Shown here piece by piece: positions 13,490 to 25,762 of a stretch of DNA of 64,000 nt. A program made the position numbers and the translations under genes. The notes beneath the pieces are model-generated. The model had not been told where the DNA came from. It did no database searches and was given only the letters and a program-made list of their open reading frames with translations. Source of the stretch: the human T2T-CHM13v2.0 reference genome, Homo sapiens. Where the stretch lies: assembly GCF_009914755.1 (NCBI RefSeq), contig NC_060937.1. One strand, written 5' to 3'. Within the stretch, counting starts at the first letter, position 1; each line of letters opens with the position of its first letter.

Positions 13490-14755
13490 TAACTTTAAAA
13501 AAAATCTTAGCTCCGTAAGAACTAAGCCAGATCAGAAAACGAATTCTGTCTGTGGCCCCCACAGCTGTGAAATGGAGTCGCTGACTCGCCATGCTCGTGC
13601 ACGTGCTTAGTGCCCACTGCAGAAGGCTGCTTTGAATGAAAGCTAGTGTTTATTCGTGTACTCACCCAGAAGGTTTCTGCTGTTATTGAATCAAATTACC
13701 CTACATGTGAGGCATTTTTCACGGCCAGATGCAGACAGGGACACAGACGCAGCAGCACCCACCACACATGAACGTTCGGGGGTCACTGCCTCGTCTTCAT
13801 GTCTTGGGAGTTGCTGTTTCTGTCTTTAAATCCGAGCGTCAGAAGGATCTGAGACACCCGATATAAATCCCTGGCTTGTTAATGATGCTCACAGAGAGCG
13901 GCCACGCCCATAGACTGCATAATTTATCTCCATCCTGCAGAATTCTGATTTTCATGTAAACCTAGGACATGTTCAGAGACTTGGAAGTTAGCGATTCTAG
14001 CCCCTGCCTTAGGCATGCCCGTGTGGTTGTTTCTGCTTTGGATTGGCTGGTGGTAGCAGCTGCTGGCATCACGCAATTGGCTTGGCTGCAGAGTGAGCCC
14101 ACGGAAGAGGGCTCTCCGCACCGACTCTGTGACTCAGGCTTCTACTACCAGGCTCATCCGAGGACGGAGGCTGTCGTTATACAACGCGCAAGTGTGGTCT
14201 CTGTCACAGATGTGGCTGTCGCAGAGAGTGCTGCCTCCTCTCCCGTTTCCAGCAGATGCTTGGGAACCTTCAGAAGTCTTGGGGATTTTCTCCCAGCACC
14301 GTAGCCATGCCACCACGAGTGAATCCTTAACGTGGACCAGCACGGGCACCTCAGATGCCAGGACCGGCGTGATGTATGCGCCATAAGACTGTTTTGGAGG
14401 GTTTAGTCAGCTGGTCACCCAGGAAAGGAAAATGACTCGGCTCTTACTGTGGAATAGCAAATGACTGAGCTCGGGAGAGATGGTTCTGCCTCAATCTGTG
14501 ACTCGAGGTGGTTGGTGTTAGGCTGAGAAATAAGAACACACCAAAAGTGCCTGCCCTTCCGTAGATGAGAGCAGGTTCTGGGACTGCGGGGATGGGGCTG
14601 CCGGGGCCCCCGTGTGCCATGCCTCTCACCTGGTATTGCAGAAATGGCATCATGAATACGGGGGATCGCTCTCCCAAGAGGTTTTCTGAGGGATTTCGTG
14701 GGCAGCCGGCTTCCCACCTGCACACATTAACGGCGGCGTCTCTTCCTCACTGCAG

Positions 14756-14846
14756 CCTGCAGGACGCTGGCATCGGATTCATCCTGGTGATAGACCGGCG
14801 ACGGGACAAATGGACCTCCGTGAAGGCGTCCGTCCTGCGCATCGCA
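14756..14846 (+). CDS. MCF2L: MCF2L exon, Sec14/CRAL-TRIO domain: (S)LQDAGIGFILVIDRRRDKWTSVKASVLRIA
   Basis: Acceptor tcttcctcactgcag|C, donor GCA|gtaagt; 91 nt, ends phase 0. Confidence 0.95.
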
Positions 14847-16363
14847 GTAAGTGCCACCCGGGGCTCTGCCCTGCGCCCGGCCCCTCCCTGGGCTGCATGA
14901 CCGCATGGTGCCCTTCCTCTGTGTCTGCCGCAGTTCCTGCTTTGTGCTGAGTGGGACAGAGCCCAGTCCCGGCGGGTGGAGGCCGGCGCCAAGGCCCCCC
15001 CTGCTTGGGCTCCCAAGGCACTGGTGCCTGGGTGTGAGTTTTCCCAGATGAAGGAACTCTTAGGGAGCCCAATGTGACTTGCAAACAATTTCCCCAGGCA
15101 GAGCAGCCCATATGTTTCCGAACACCAAGTCTGAGATGCTCGGGACTGAATATGCCTCTTACATATTTATACATTAGTGATTTTCTCCTTTCCAAATCGG
15201 GCCATCTATCTTTAGCTGTGACACTGAACGAGCCACCACCGCCTCCCTTCCCCAGTGGGATTGAACATGCACTTCCTCTTACACAAAGCACAACAGTCCT
15301 GACCAGGCAGGACGGGGGCTGTGTGCAGAGACGCTCCAGGCTGGAAGTTGGAAGTGGTACTGCACAGCTTTCCTATGTGATTTTCTCCTTTCCAAATCAG
15401 GCCATCTAGCTGCGACACTGAACTAGCCACCACCGCCTCCCTTCCCCAGTAACCCAGCCTCGCATGTAGCCACCCTCCTTTCCAAGGACTTTCCCTTGGC
15501 ATCCGAGAGTCTGTTTGCAGATTCTGCACGCTGCCTTCCATAGCAGAAGGGGAGCTGGGTTTGCTGTTGGTTTTAACCCAGAGTAATCATTTAAGAGGGA
15601 AGAGATTAAGTCAGCAGAAGCCCCCAAATCTTATTTTTGTCGGTAGCTCCCACCCGTATGCATGACCCCGGCATGGAGCATTTTTCACCCACGCTCGCTC
15701 TCCCCGCCTGTCCGTCCAAATTTCATTGCTGCCAAAGGACCAAAAAAGGCTGCCTGTCTGCCAAGAGGTGACCCAGAGCCTGGGTCCAGGCACCTGCATG
15801 TTCTCACGCCCGCCACAGCCCGTCCCTCCCAGGCTCTGGGACCCTGGGTCCTCAGCTGTGATGGCACAATTGCTCCAAGCATTCCCCAGCACCAAACCCC
15901 AGTGAAGTCAGATTCTCCCAGTGAAGTCAGATTCTCCTGGCCTTTCCTGGGTCCCGCGTTCAGACTACCTTTGGGTTCCCCAGCCTCTCGGTGGCTGCTG
16001 GCTGGTGCGCCAAGGTTTGAGGTATACTGAAAAAAGTCATTCCTTTCCCCGCACATTGCCTCATTCCTTCATCTTTTACAAGAATTAGAGGCCCCATATC
16101 TGCTCCGATGCCCACAACCTTCATCGTTTTGGTGCAAGCCTGTCCCTGAGCCGCTGGTTCTCATCGAAGTCTTTAGGATGAGGCATCTCCTTGCACCCCC
16201 ACGGCACCTCTCTGCCCCTCGCCGCGGCGGATCCCCGTTCCTGACCCTGACTCAACCTGGCACACACCACCTATGGCATCGTTATCTGAAATAATTCAAA
16301 ACGCTTCAGGATGCTTCCAAAAAAGTAGACGTGTATAGAATCGGTCTTCCTTTGTTTTAACAG

Positions 16364-16773
16364 TGCGTTCGTTTGCTTTTGCGTCACTATAAAGACGTAC
16401 TTGAGCTGGGTAATTGATAAAGAAAGAGGCGTAATTGGCTCACAGTTCTGCAGGCTGCACAGGCTTAGCACCTGCATCTTCTCAGCTTCTGAGGGGGCCT
16501 CAGGGAGCTGCCAGTCGTGGTGGAAGGCAGCGGGGAGCCGGCATCACATGGTGAGAGAGGGAGCGAGAGAGAAGGGGGAGGTCCCAGACTTTTGAACAGC
16601 CAGATCTCCAGTGAACTTACTGAGCGAGAACTCACCCGTCACCAAGGGGATGGCGCTGAGCCATTCATAAGGGGTCACGCCCAGACTTAATCACCTCCCA
16701 CCAGGCCCCACCTCAGCACTGGGAATCGCATTTCAACATGAGACTTGGAGGGGACAAAAATCCCATCCATATC
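16364..16773. mobile_element. MaLR solo LTR (MST-type)
   Basis: TG...CA bounded; gggtaattgataaagaaagagg...ggctcacagttctgcaggctg...cacctcccaccaggccccacctc...atttcaacatgagacttggaggggaca. Confidence 0.85.
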
Positions 16774-17237
16774 AAGCATCCCCAGAAATGCAGAAAGTTC
16801 TTTAGATAAAAGCCATCACCAGCTAACAGCCATGTGTGCCTTTCATTATTGTACGTCTTAAATGAGTTTGCACATGAAGTCATAGGCAACTCTAAAAATT
16901 AAATCATAAGAACCCACGGGGTCAGACACACATGGACGGACAACAGATACTCTTGGGAAGCACCCATCCGTCCTGGGCGGGTCCCACAATGCTCCCAGCA
17001 GGCACGTCGTCGTTTAAACAACAGACAACACCGTTACAGCCGCATCTTTTATGCTTACCTGCCGCTGATATAAACCAGCCATCAGGACGACTCTTAGCAA
17101 CACGTGGGTGTAGGAGTCGGCCTCCCTGCCAGGGCACTTGCGGTGTCAGGACGCACCTGGGTGCCTTTCATGCCCGTGGGGTCCAGGCACCTGCATCTTC
17201 ACACACCTGCCACAGCCCGTCCCTCACACGGCTCATG

Positions 17238-17460
17238 CCTCACTACATGTGCCCCGTCCCCTCTGCTCACGCCTCGCTACGTGTGCCCCGTCCCCTCTGC
17301 TCACACCTCGCTACGCGTGCCCCGTCCCCTCTGCTCACGCCTCACTACGCGTGCCCCAGAGCCTCCGCTGACGCCTCACTACGCGTGCCCCGGCCCCTCT
17401 GCTGACGCCTCGCTACGCGTGCCCCGGCCCCTCCGCTGACGCCTCGCTACGCGTGCCCCA
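17238..17460. repeat. 34-bp CpG-rich minisatellite x~6.5
   Basis: cctc(a/g)ctacgcgtgccccgtcccctctgctcacg at 17238, 17272, 17306, 17340... Confidence 0.92.
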
Positions 17461-17799
17461 GTGCCCTCGCACACACATCACCACGTGTGTGTCTCAGATT
17501 AATCAGTCACTCCCGGGTTAGATGACAAGAGCTTCCCCAGATACGAGGTTACTTTTTAAGAAATACAAAAATCATTTTCTAAAAGCAAAGTATTTCTGCG
17601 AGGTCACTCTACAGGATAGTGAAGCAGCCCACAGCAGACCCGTGATTTAGGTGTCGATCTTCAGCTGCCGAGTGTCCTGTTCCGTTCACCGAGTGTGTGA
17701 TCGGATGAATTTCTTAAGCAGGTTGGCTCATCTTGAAAGCTCTGTCTTGTGAGCATCATAACTGAACAGTTAGTGTTTGAGTTTTTATTTTTGCATTGA

Positions 17800-18259
<460 letters not shown>

Positions 18260-19666
18260 TTATGGTCATATTAATACACAGACTCTGTGTAGTTAGCACG
18301 TCCTGAGGCTTTTCTCTGTCCCAGGCACTGCCTGGGCATCACGGATGTGAGGGAGGAAGTGAGCAAGGCTCACCGCCAGCTGGGTGAGGACAGTTGAGGG
18401 GCATCACAATGGGGTCACAGGCAGGGGCAGCAGGGAGCAGCCAGGAGGGTGGCTGAGCCATGGGGAGGGGGCAGAGTTAGGCCCCACATGCCAGGCCCCA
18501 TCCACCTGGGCTGTGACCCTGGAGAGGGCGTCTTCCTGTCCCCAGGCCCCTGCTACCCAGGAGCCCGCCGCCTCCAGAAGGGTTTGGTGCAGGAGGGGCA
18601 TGAGAAACTGGCAGGAGATGATGATGGTGGCATTGGATGGGCCAGGAGACATGGAGCTCACAGCCCTGGTTTCATGAAGGAGAAGTGGGCCACAAGGCCA
18701 AGGAGGCAGGAGGCGGGCAGTGGTGGCACTGTCATAGGAGCTGGTTGTGCATGTGCTGAGGCTTAGAGGGTCACTGGTCAAGGGAGTGAGGGCAGCTGTG
18801 GACCCAGCCAAGCCTAGGTCCTGGGCAGACCAGGAGGGGTGAGGGTCTCTGCAGTGGGGAAGGGGTGGGTGGTGGGGCTGGCGGGGAGGCCCCAGGCTCT
18901 GTCCATGAGCCACGCACTCCTTGGAGAGGGCAGACCAGGGATGACCCCTTGGGCATCTTGATTCAGTTTTTTGGAGATGGTGCAGTTGACCTGACGTGGG
19001 GACACCAAGTAGTGGCTGCAGCGGGGCACCTGGACGCCAACCCCTGGGCTCCAGGCCTTGACAGCGAGCTTTGGCTGGCCTAGGCTTCCACCTAAAGTGG
19101 CTTTGGGAAAACTAGCACTTAGCAACAGTCCAGGCCAGCCGAGCCCTCAAGCAGGTTTCCAAACAGGCACAGGCTCCAGCTGCCCGACCCCACCAGGGTG
19201 CCCAGCTCATGGTGCTGCGGGCGCCACAAAGCAAGCCCGTGGCAGAGACTTGCCTCCAAGCGCTCGGCCACCGAGGAGGACGCAGCGCTTACATAATGTG
19301 CCGGGATCCGGGGCTATTTTTAGCCACCATATGTGCTGTCTTAAGAGCTGAGCTCTCCCTAATTTGGGGTGTTCTTTTTTCTTTTTTGGATGCCTTCAGC
19401 ATGGCTTGGAATAGAAAAATTAGACATTGGAAGAGCCAAAATCCAGTGTTCCTAAAACCAGGCTCCCAATCGAGAGCAAGACCCATGTGATGCTGAGGGC
19501 GTGTGGGAGAAGGATAGGTTCACAGCTACCCACCCGGGGGGCAGAAAGATGAGATCCTCTGAGAACTCACATGTCTCTTCTCCCTTAGGCAGTTGTGCGG
19601 TCCTCAGATAGAAGCATCTTTTATAAAATGCTGTTGCAACATCTAACCCTCTTCCACTGTACTGCA

Positions 19667-19852
19667 TGTGTGAGTGTGTGAGTGTGAGTGTGTGACTGTG
19701 TGTGTGTGCGAGCGAGTGGGAGTGTAAGTGAATGTGAGACTGTGTGAGTGTGTGAGTGTGTGCGCGAGTGGGAGTGTAAGTGAATGTGTGTGAGACTGTG
19801 AGTGTGTGAGTGTGAGAGTGTGTGTGTGTGAGAGTGAGTGTGTGTGTGCGTG
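19667..19852. repeat. Compound (TG)n/(TGAG) repeat with an internal duplication of gcgagtgggagtgtaagtgaatgtg
   Basis: Direct reading. Confidence 0.88.
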
Positions 19853-20154
19853 TTCACATTTTGGGAATTTGTAATAGAGTATATATATTCATGTTTAGAG
19901 CTAGCCTAAATCAAACTAAATCTAGATCCTCAAGTAGGTGGCTGGAGAAAGTGAATCTGATTTTTAGACTGCATGGGGCCACAACTCTCTTTCCTGTAAC
20001 GCCGGTGCAGTCTGTGTGTGCAGGAAAGGTAGAAAACAAGGTGTCTGAGGGACCCCGGACTTCTAGGTCGTCCAGCAAATCTTTCACATTTGCAAAGTAC
20101 GATTGTATGCGGCCCCCCTGTGCCAGCTACTGGGGCTCTGGGGAGGAGCTCACC

Positions 20155-20312
20155 GTGGGGGCGGTGGGGGCGGTGGGAGCCGTGGGGGCCGGGGCGGTGG
20201 AGCGGGGGGTGGCTGGGGGAGCGGGGAGGCGGGAGGAGCGGTGGGGGCGGGGGCGGGGGGAGCGGGGGGCGGTGGCGGGGGGAGGGGGGCGGCAGGGGGC
20301 GGTGGGAGCGGT
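20155..20312 (+). repeat. Extremely G-rich tract (G-quadruplex-prone, several GGGGCGGGG GC boxes)
   Basis: About 20 runs of 3-7 G separated by 1-6 nt. Confidence 0.9.
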
Positions 20313-21159
20313 GCTAACTCCAGGAGGACTTCCCGGCAGAGGTGATGCTTGGTGAGAGCCTGACGGGAGGAGGAGTTGTCCAGATGGAGGGGGGCGAGGA
20401 GCTTCCCCTGGGAACACAAAGCAGCTGGCTGCCGAGGGAGAGAGGGCCAGGTCCATGTGCCCCTCTCGGAAGAGGCGAGACCGTCCCCCAGGGCAGGGAA
20501 CTGAAATGCGCGCTGCATAACTGCGGCGACACGGGGGTGGGGGACCCAGCTCTTCCCGGTGTGGCTGAGCTTTCTCAGAACACCGCTGCTGTGTGCAGCA
20601 AGCACCTGCCCAGGTGAGCACAGTCCCCCCGTGGTGGACAGAAGGGGACCAGGATCTGCAGGCTGTCTCCTCCGCACCAGCTGCTGTGGCAAATGCGTTT
20701 CAGCGCACCCTGCGCGTTCACCAACCGCCGATTACAGGGGAGGAGCTGGGCTTCGGGGCGACGAGGGAAGCTGCCGATGGGGTGGGGCGGCTCTGGGGGC
20801 GGCCTGGGCCTTTCTGTCTCTGAAGCCCGAGCTCTCTCCCTACTCCGGTGGTCCCAGGGCCACGGCGGTGGGCGGTGCCGGTCATGCAGAATATTGCAGG
20901 GGGAGGCAGCCCGTGAGGCTTCCACGACGCTGAGAGCGTCTATTTAAACGACTGTCCTTCATCCGAGGGTTCGCTCCTCCCACCTAAGGGTGGATTTGAC
21001 AGCCTTGGGGTATCCAGCAGGGGTGGGAGATCCAGAGGCCCCAAGCCCTTCTTCACTGTGTATTTCCTGGAACATGGAATCCAAGGGTCCAATAACGGGC
21101 GGCACGAGCCACTTTGCTCTCTCTAAAGACCTCGGAGGCGACACAGTGAATAACAAGGT

Positions 21160-21531
21160 TGTCTTAGTCCGGGTCTGCTGCTTATATGTCAAGAGTATCT
21201 GAAACTGGGCACTTTACAACGAAAAAGAATTCATGCCTTACAGTTGAGGAGCCTCACCTGGTGAGATCCCTCTTGCTGGTGGGTCCTGAGGCGACGCGGG
21301 ACCTCACCTGGCGAGGGGAGAGTGAGCCAGCCCAGGGCTGCCCCCGCTGCTTACAAAGCCACCAGGCCCCCACCCACCCCCACGACAGCCCGTTAATCCG
21401 AGAATCCGTGAATGGATGAATCCATTCATGAGGGTGGGGCCGTCCTGACCCAGTCACCTCTGAAAGGTACTGCCTCTCAATGCTGCCATGAGTTTCGAAG
21501 TTTGGTAGGGACGAACATTCCAACCACACCA
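21160..21531. mobile_element. MaLR solo LTR (MLT1A-like)
   Basis: tgtcttagtccgggtctgctgc...aatccattcatgagggtggggcc...tcacctctgaaagg...acattccaaccacacca. Confidence 0.7.
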
Positions 21532-21745
21532 AATGTATATTTCAGAATTGCTGAAAGAATCCATTTTAAATGTTCTCAGCACAGAAAACTGGTGAGTGGG
21601 TGAGGTGACGGATCGGTTAATTGGCTTGATTTAATCATTCCACTGAGGATACCTATAGCAAAACATCACTGGGTGCCCCGTAAGTAGATACAATCATGAT
21701 TTGTCAGTTAAATGTAGAAACATTTTTTTAAAAAGATAAACAGAG
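21532..21745 (+). mobile_element. L1 3'-end fragment (L1MA-type)
   Basis: atttcagaattgctgaaaga...ttttaaatgttctca...gttaattggcttgatttaatcattccac...aaacatcac, then A-rich tail. Confidence 0.65.
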
Positions 21746-22264
21746 AAAAAGAAAGAGCTCTGAGACCCGGGCTCGCTCAGCGGTTTTTTCTCGCAGAGAA
21801 GAGGAAGGAGCCCGGGGGTCCCTGGGACCAGGTGCCTCATGAGGCTCCGTGTGGGCCGTGGACCCTGCAGGCCACGCCGGCTTCCCTGACTGATAAACCC
21901 AGAGCCAGGCCTTGCCGGTGAGAGGCCAGGGACTGCTGGCTGAGCTTCTCCAGCGCTGCTCTTCACTCCCCTGGATGCCTGGAGCGAGACTATTTGCCTG
22001 GTTTATTTTTTTCAGCTTAGAGCTCGTTGCACGGAGTCAGAACCCCTGCATCCCGGTGGCTCAGGCATTTGAGTGAAGGTCGGATCAGGAGGGAGGGGAG
22101 ATGCAGCTGCCCCACGCATGGAGGAGAAGAGCTGTGAGCTGCAGCAGCCTCGTGTCTTTTTCCTCTCAACTTTCAGTTCAGAAAAATTTCAGACCTACAG
22201 AAAACTTGGGAGAGTCTCACAGTGAACAAACCTCAGCTGTGGCCATAAACAAAGTGCCCATTCG

Positions 22265-22560
22265 TGTGTGTGTGTGTGTGCGTGTGTACAAAAACACACA
22301 GACATAGACACAGACGTGTACACACATCACACAGACACATCACACAGACACAAAACACATCACATAGACACATACACAGACACACACATATATATACACA
22401 TATACCCACACATACATCACATAAACACACACACATATCACACAGACATGCATACACTCAGAGACATACATCACACAGGCACAGAGACACACATCACACA
22501 CAAACACACACATATATGCACATATACACACATCACATAAACACAGACACACACACACAT
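22265..22560. repeat. (TG)n followed by a long degenerate (CA)n tract
   Basis: Direct reading. Confidence 0.88.
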
Positions 22561-24880
22561 TTTGCTGGTGAGAGCCGGCTCTGCCATCGTGTCAGTTCAT
22601 CCCGGATTGCTGACATGGTGTCTCCTGAGTGGAGCTGCCCTCTGCATAACCACAGGCGAGTCTGCATCGCGGCCACACTGCCCTCTGGATGCCCACACAT
22701 GGGGCTTTCTCCACGTGCCCCGTCATGTCCTTCCTGTATTTGTTAAAATCCAGGTCCAGTGAAGGACGGCGCCCCCGTCAGCTGTCCACCCTTCTCAGTC
22801 GTCTCTAATCCACCCAGTTGTTGGTTTTTGTTTTGCTTTCTGTCTTTTGTGAGATTGAGATTTGCGAAGGGTTGAAGCCAGTTGCTTTATGGAATATCCT
22901 TTCATCTGGTTTCCTTGTAATTAGGTTCCACGTGGTCCTTTGGGGCGGGAATCCTGGTGGGTGAGCTTCTGGGGCAGCCCGTGGAGGCCCAGGATGTCCA
23001 TGTGTCCCGTGATTGGGGCGGTGTTGTGTGCTCAGACGGCCAAGGAGGCGTCCGGATTTCCCCGGGAGAAGGTGCCTCTCCTCTTGGTAATCAGTGGGTC
23101 ATGTGTGGTGATGCTCAGGACGGGGCGAAGGTCCCGTGGCTGAGGTGTCCACTGACCGTTTCTGCCTGAATGGGTGGTTCGGTGGTGGTTGCCACAGGGC
23201 TGTGTTTTCAAGGGGAGCAGCAGGTGCCTGGCGTCTGCATCCACACCTGCCTGGAGCCTCCTTCCATTTGTTACTCTGTCTCCTCCTGTGTCCCTGCAGC
23301 TGTGTCTCCAGTGATCTTGCCTGTACTCTCCGCCTCTGCAGAGTGAGGTTTTCACTGATTGCAAAGTAAACATGCACGCCCCTTCAGGGTCCTGGTCCTT
23401 AGGGAGCTGGTTAACAAGTTGACCAGAAAAACAACCCGAATACTCCTCAACTCTTGATGGGAGCTCAGTTCACACGGCTCCGAATCGGCGAAACGCAACC
23501 AACGCTGGGCAGAACCTTGGCACAACTTTGCTGGTGTCTGCTGAGAAGCCGAGGGGAGGTTCTGGGGCTTGGCTTGAGCTGCGGGGTGAGTGTGGGAGAG
23601 ACGGCGAGCTCCCTCCCATCAATCAATCAACAGACTGTCCTATTTTCATAGTAGTCCCCACCCAAATGTCATTCGAGTCCAATCTCAGGATCCTGGATGC
23701 ACGCCTGTTCTCCAGGTCTGCTTCCCGTGAAATTCGTGGAGATTATTGTACATTCGGGAGTGGGAGTGCGATTGGATGTGTGTCTGCAGATTCTCCCTGT
23801 ATTTTCTCCCAGGCTTTCTAGAGGACCATTTGCTAGAGGACCAGTCCCCAAACGGCCGCGCTTTTAGGATTGGTTTTAGGAGTGATGGCCTCACGCACAC
23901 GGCAGCGGCCATTCTGAGCACTCGTGTCTGAACATCTGCAGGAACAGGGTCCACGCCCATTGTTTTCCTCACCCGGTCCAGCGTCTCTGATTCCGGCTCT
24001 AACGTCTTCTTCATCTGTTAACACAGAGACACAAACAAACTTTCAAATGCATATTTTTTATATAAACTTGTGTTTACTGTTTGGCTACTGTCAGACAAAT
24101 GTAGTTGGTGAGGTTTCAGTTGCTCTGAAATTAAATATATAATGTCAAGCTGGATAGGTGTGGCTTGGAGCAGACCTTAAGGAAGGTGATTTGAACTTGG
24201 GGAGGGTTTTTCAAACAGGGTTCCCCAAAGTACCCAGTTCTACAAAGTTCCCAGCATGTCCTGTTGCTTTAGCTGCATTGGTAAATACATGCAGCGATTG
24301 TTTTCTGAGTCTCTAAGAATATTAACTCAGAAACCAGTGAACTCTTTTTCTATCTCCAGACTACAGTGCTGTGGTCATCACACATATCTGTTCCTAAGTT
24401 CATCCAGGTCAGCCCAGAAAATGAGCAATATTGTTTTCATGTTAGATAGAAACCTATAGGATTACTTTACTGTTGAGTAATTTACAAAAAGACTTGACAG
24501 CCTCCATCCCAAATTCTTCATCCAGTTACCATTTATACTTACCCCCATCTTTTAAAATAAAGTTTTTATTTTAGAACTTTCCCCAGCTTTTAATACAAAC
24601 GGTCAACTCCAATTCAGAGAAAATTTTATTTGCTGTTATATTTATTCAAAGTATGTGTTTGTGTACATCGTTAGCACCTTCTCACTCAGCTAGGATCTTC
24701 CAATTTATTCTATTTAATATAATGATCCAATAACTTAAAATACGAAACCCTAAAACTGAGCCAAGGAAGAGGGGGTCATGTTTGATGCTGGCAGAGCCTC
24801 AGGGACCAGCCTTGCTGCAGGGGTATGCTTCACTCCCAGAGGCTTTAGGGGCAAATAGTTGCACCTGCTGGAGACGTGGA

Positions 24881-24894
24881 CCCCCCCCCCCCCG

Positions 24895-24956
<62 letters not shown>
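24881..24956. repeat. C13 run adjoining a perfect (CA)~30 microsatellite
   Basis: Direct reading. Confidence 0.95.
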
Positions 24957-24958
<2 letters not shown>

Positions 24959-25762
24959 GGCTTCATCTCTGAGCTTCAGGCTCTCAGCTTGTCCTTAAAG
25001 ATCCAGGTGATAAAAACGACAGTGAAACGTAGAAGAGCGTGATTCATCGCACCATCAGAAAAAGACTGGTTTTCCGTAAATAGTGGTGTCCAATTTCACA
25101 GCAGTGTGAGGGATTTTCAGTCCGCCCCTTGCTGAGACACAGAATCTGCCCTGGGGCGTCCCACTCTTTGGGGCTTGCTTCTCGAAGGAGGACTGCCCAG
25201 GCGCCTCGTCCACCAGGATCACACTCCTGGCAGATGCTCAGCTCACGATTCCCTGCTTGTAATTCAGCCTGTCCGTCACAGCATCTTACCCACACGTGCT
25301 CCCTGCAGAAGGTGAATGGCTGTGGCCTTAGTCTATGTCCAGGCGTCGTGTGAGATGGTGGGGCAGAGAGGGCGCAGATGCAGGGCCCCTCCAGAGCACT
25401 TCCCTGGGGGCCGAGGCTGGAGAGAATGGGTGTGGAGAGCAGCGGAGACAGGAGAGTCCCCCGGAAGCCATCAGCCTCCCCTCCCTCATCCACTCCGCAG
25501 CAGACACCCGCAGAGGACCTGCCAAGTGTGCCGGCCACTGAGGGCCGTGGTCCCTGCCCTCCCCACGCAATGCAGATGAAGCAGAGGTCTCCATGGGAGG
25601 GGTCCTGTGGGAAAGGTGTGCAGTGTCCACCCAGTGACAGGACATTGTCCACCTGCCCTGGACGGGGAGGGCAGCCACCCAGTGACCGAGCCCTTAGTTT
25701 ATGCACAAGGGGCAGGGGCACATCTCTGGTTTTAATTCCTACAAGGCAGGTGACCTGGTCCA

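Noticed and set aside
13965-14020. Two perfect p53 half-sites (GGACATGTTC, AGGCATGCCC)
   Set aside because: They are 36 bp apart rather than adjacent; isolated half-sites occur by chance at this frequency.
14565-14755. In-frame upstream ATGs extending exon 14756 into an alternative N-terminus
   Set aside because: A 190-nt open stretch is unremarkable in GC-rich DNA, the acceptor at 14755 is good, and no promoter evidence is visible.
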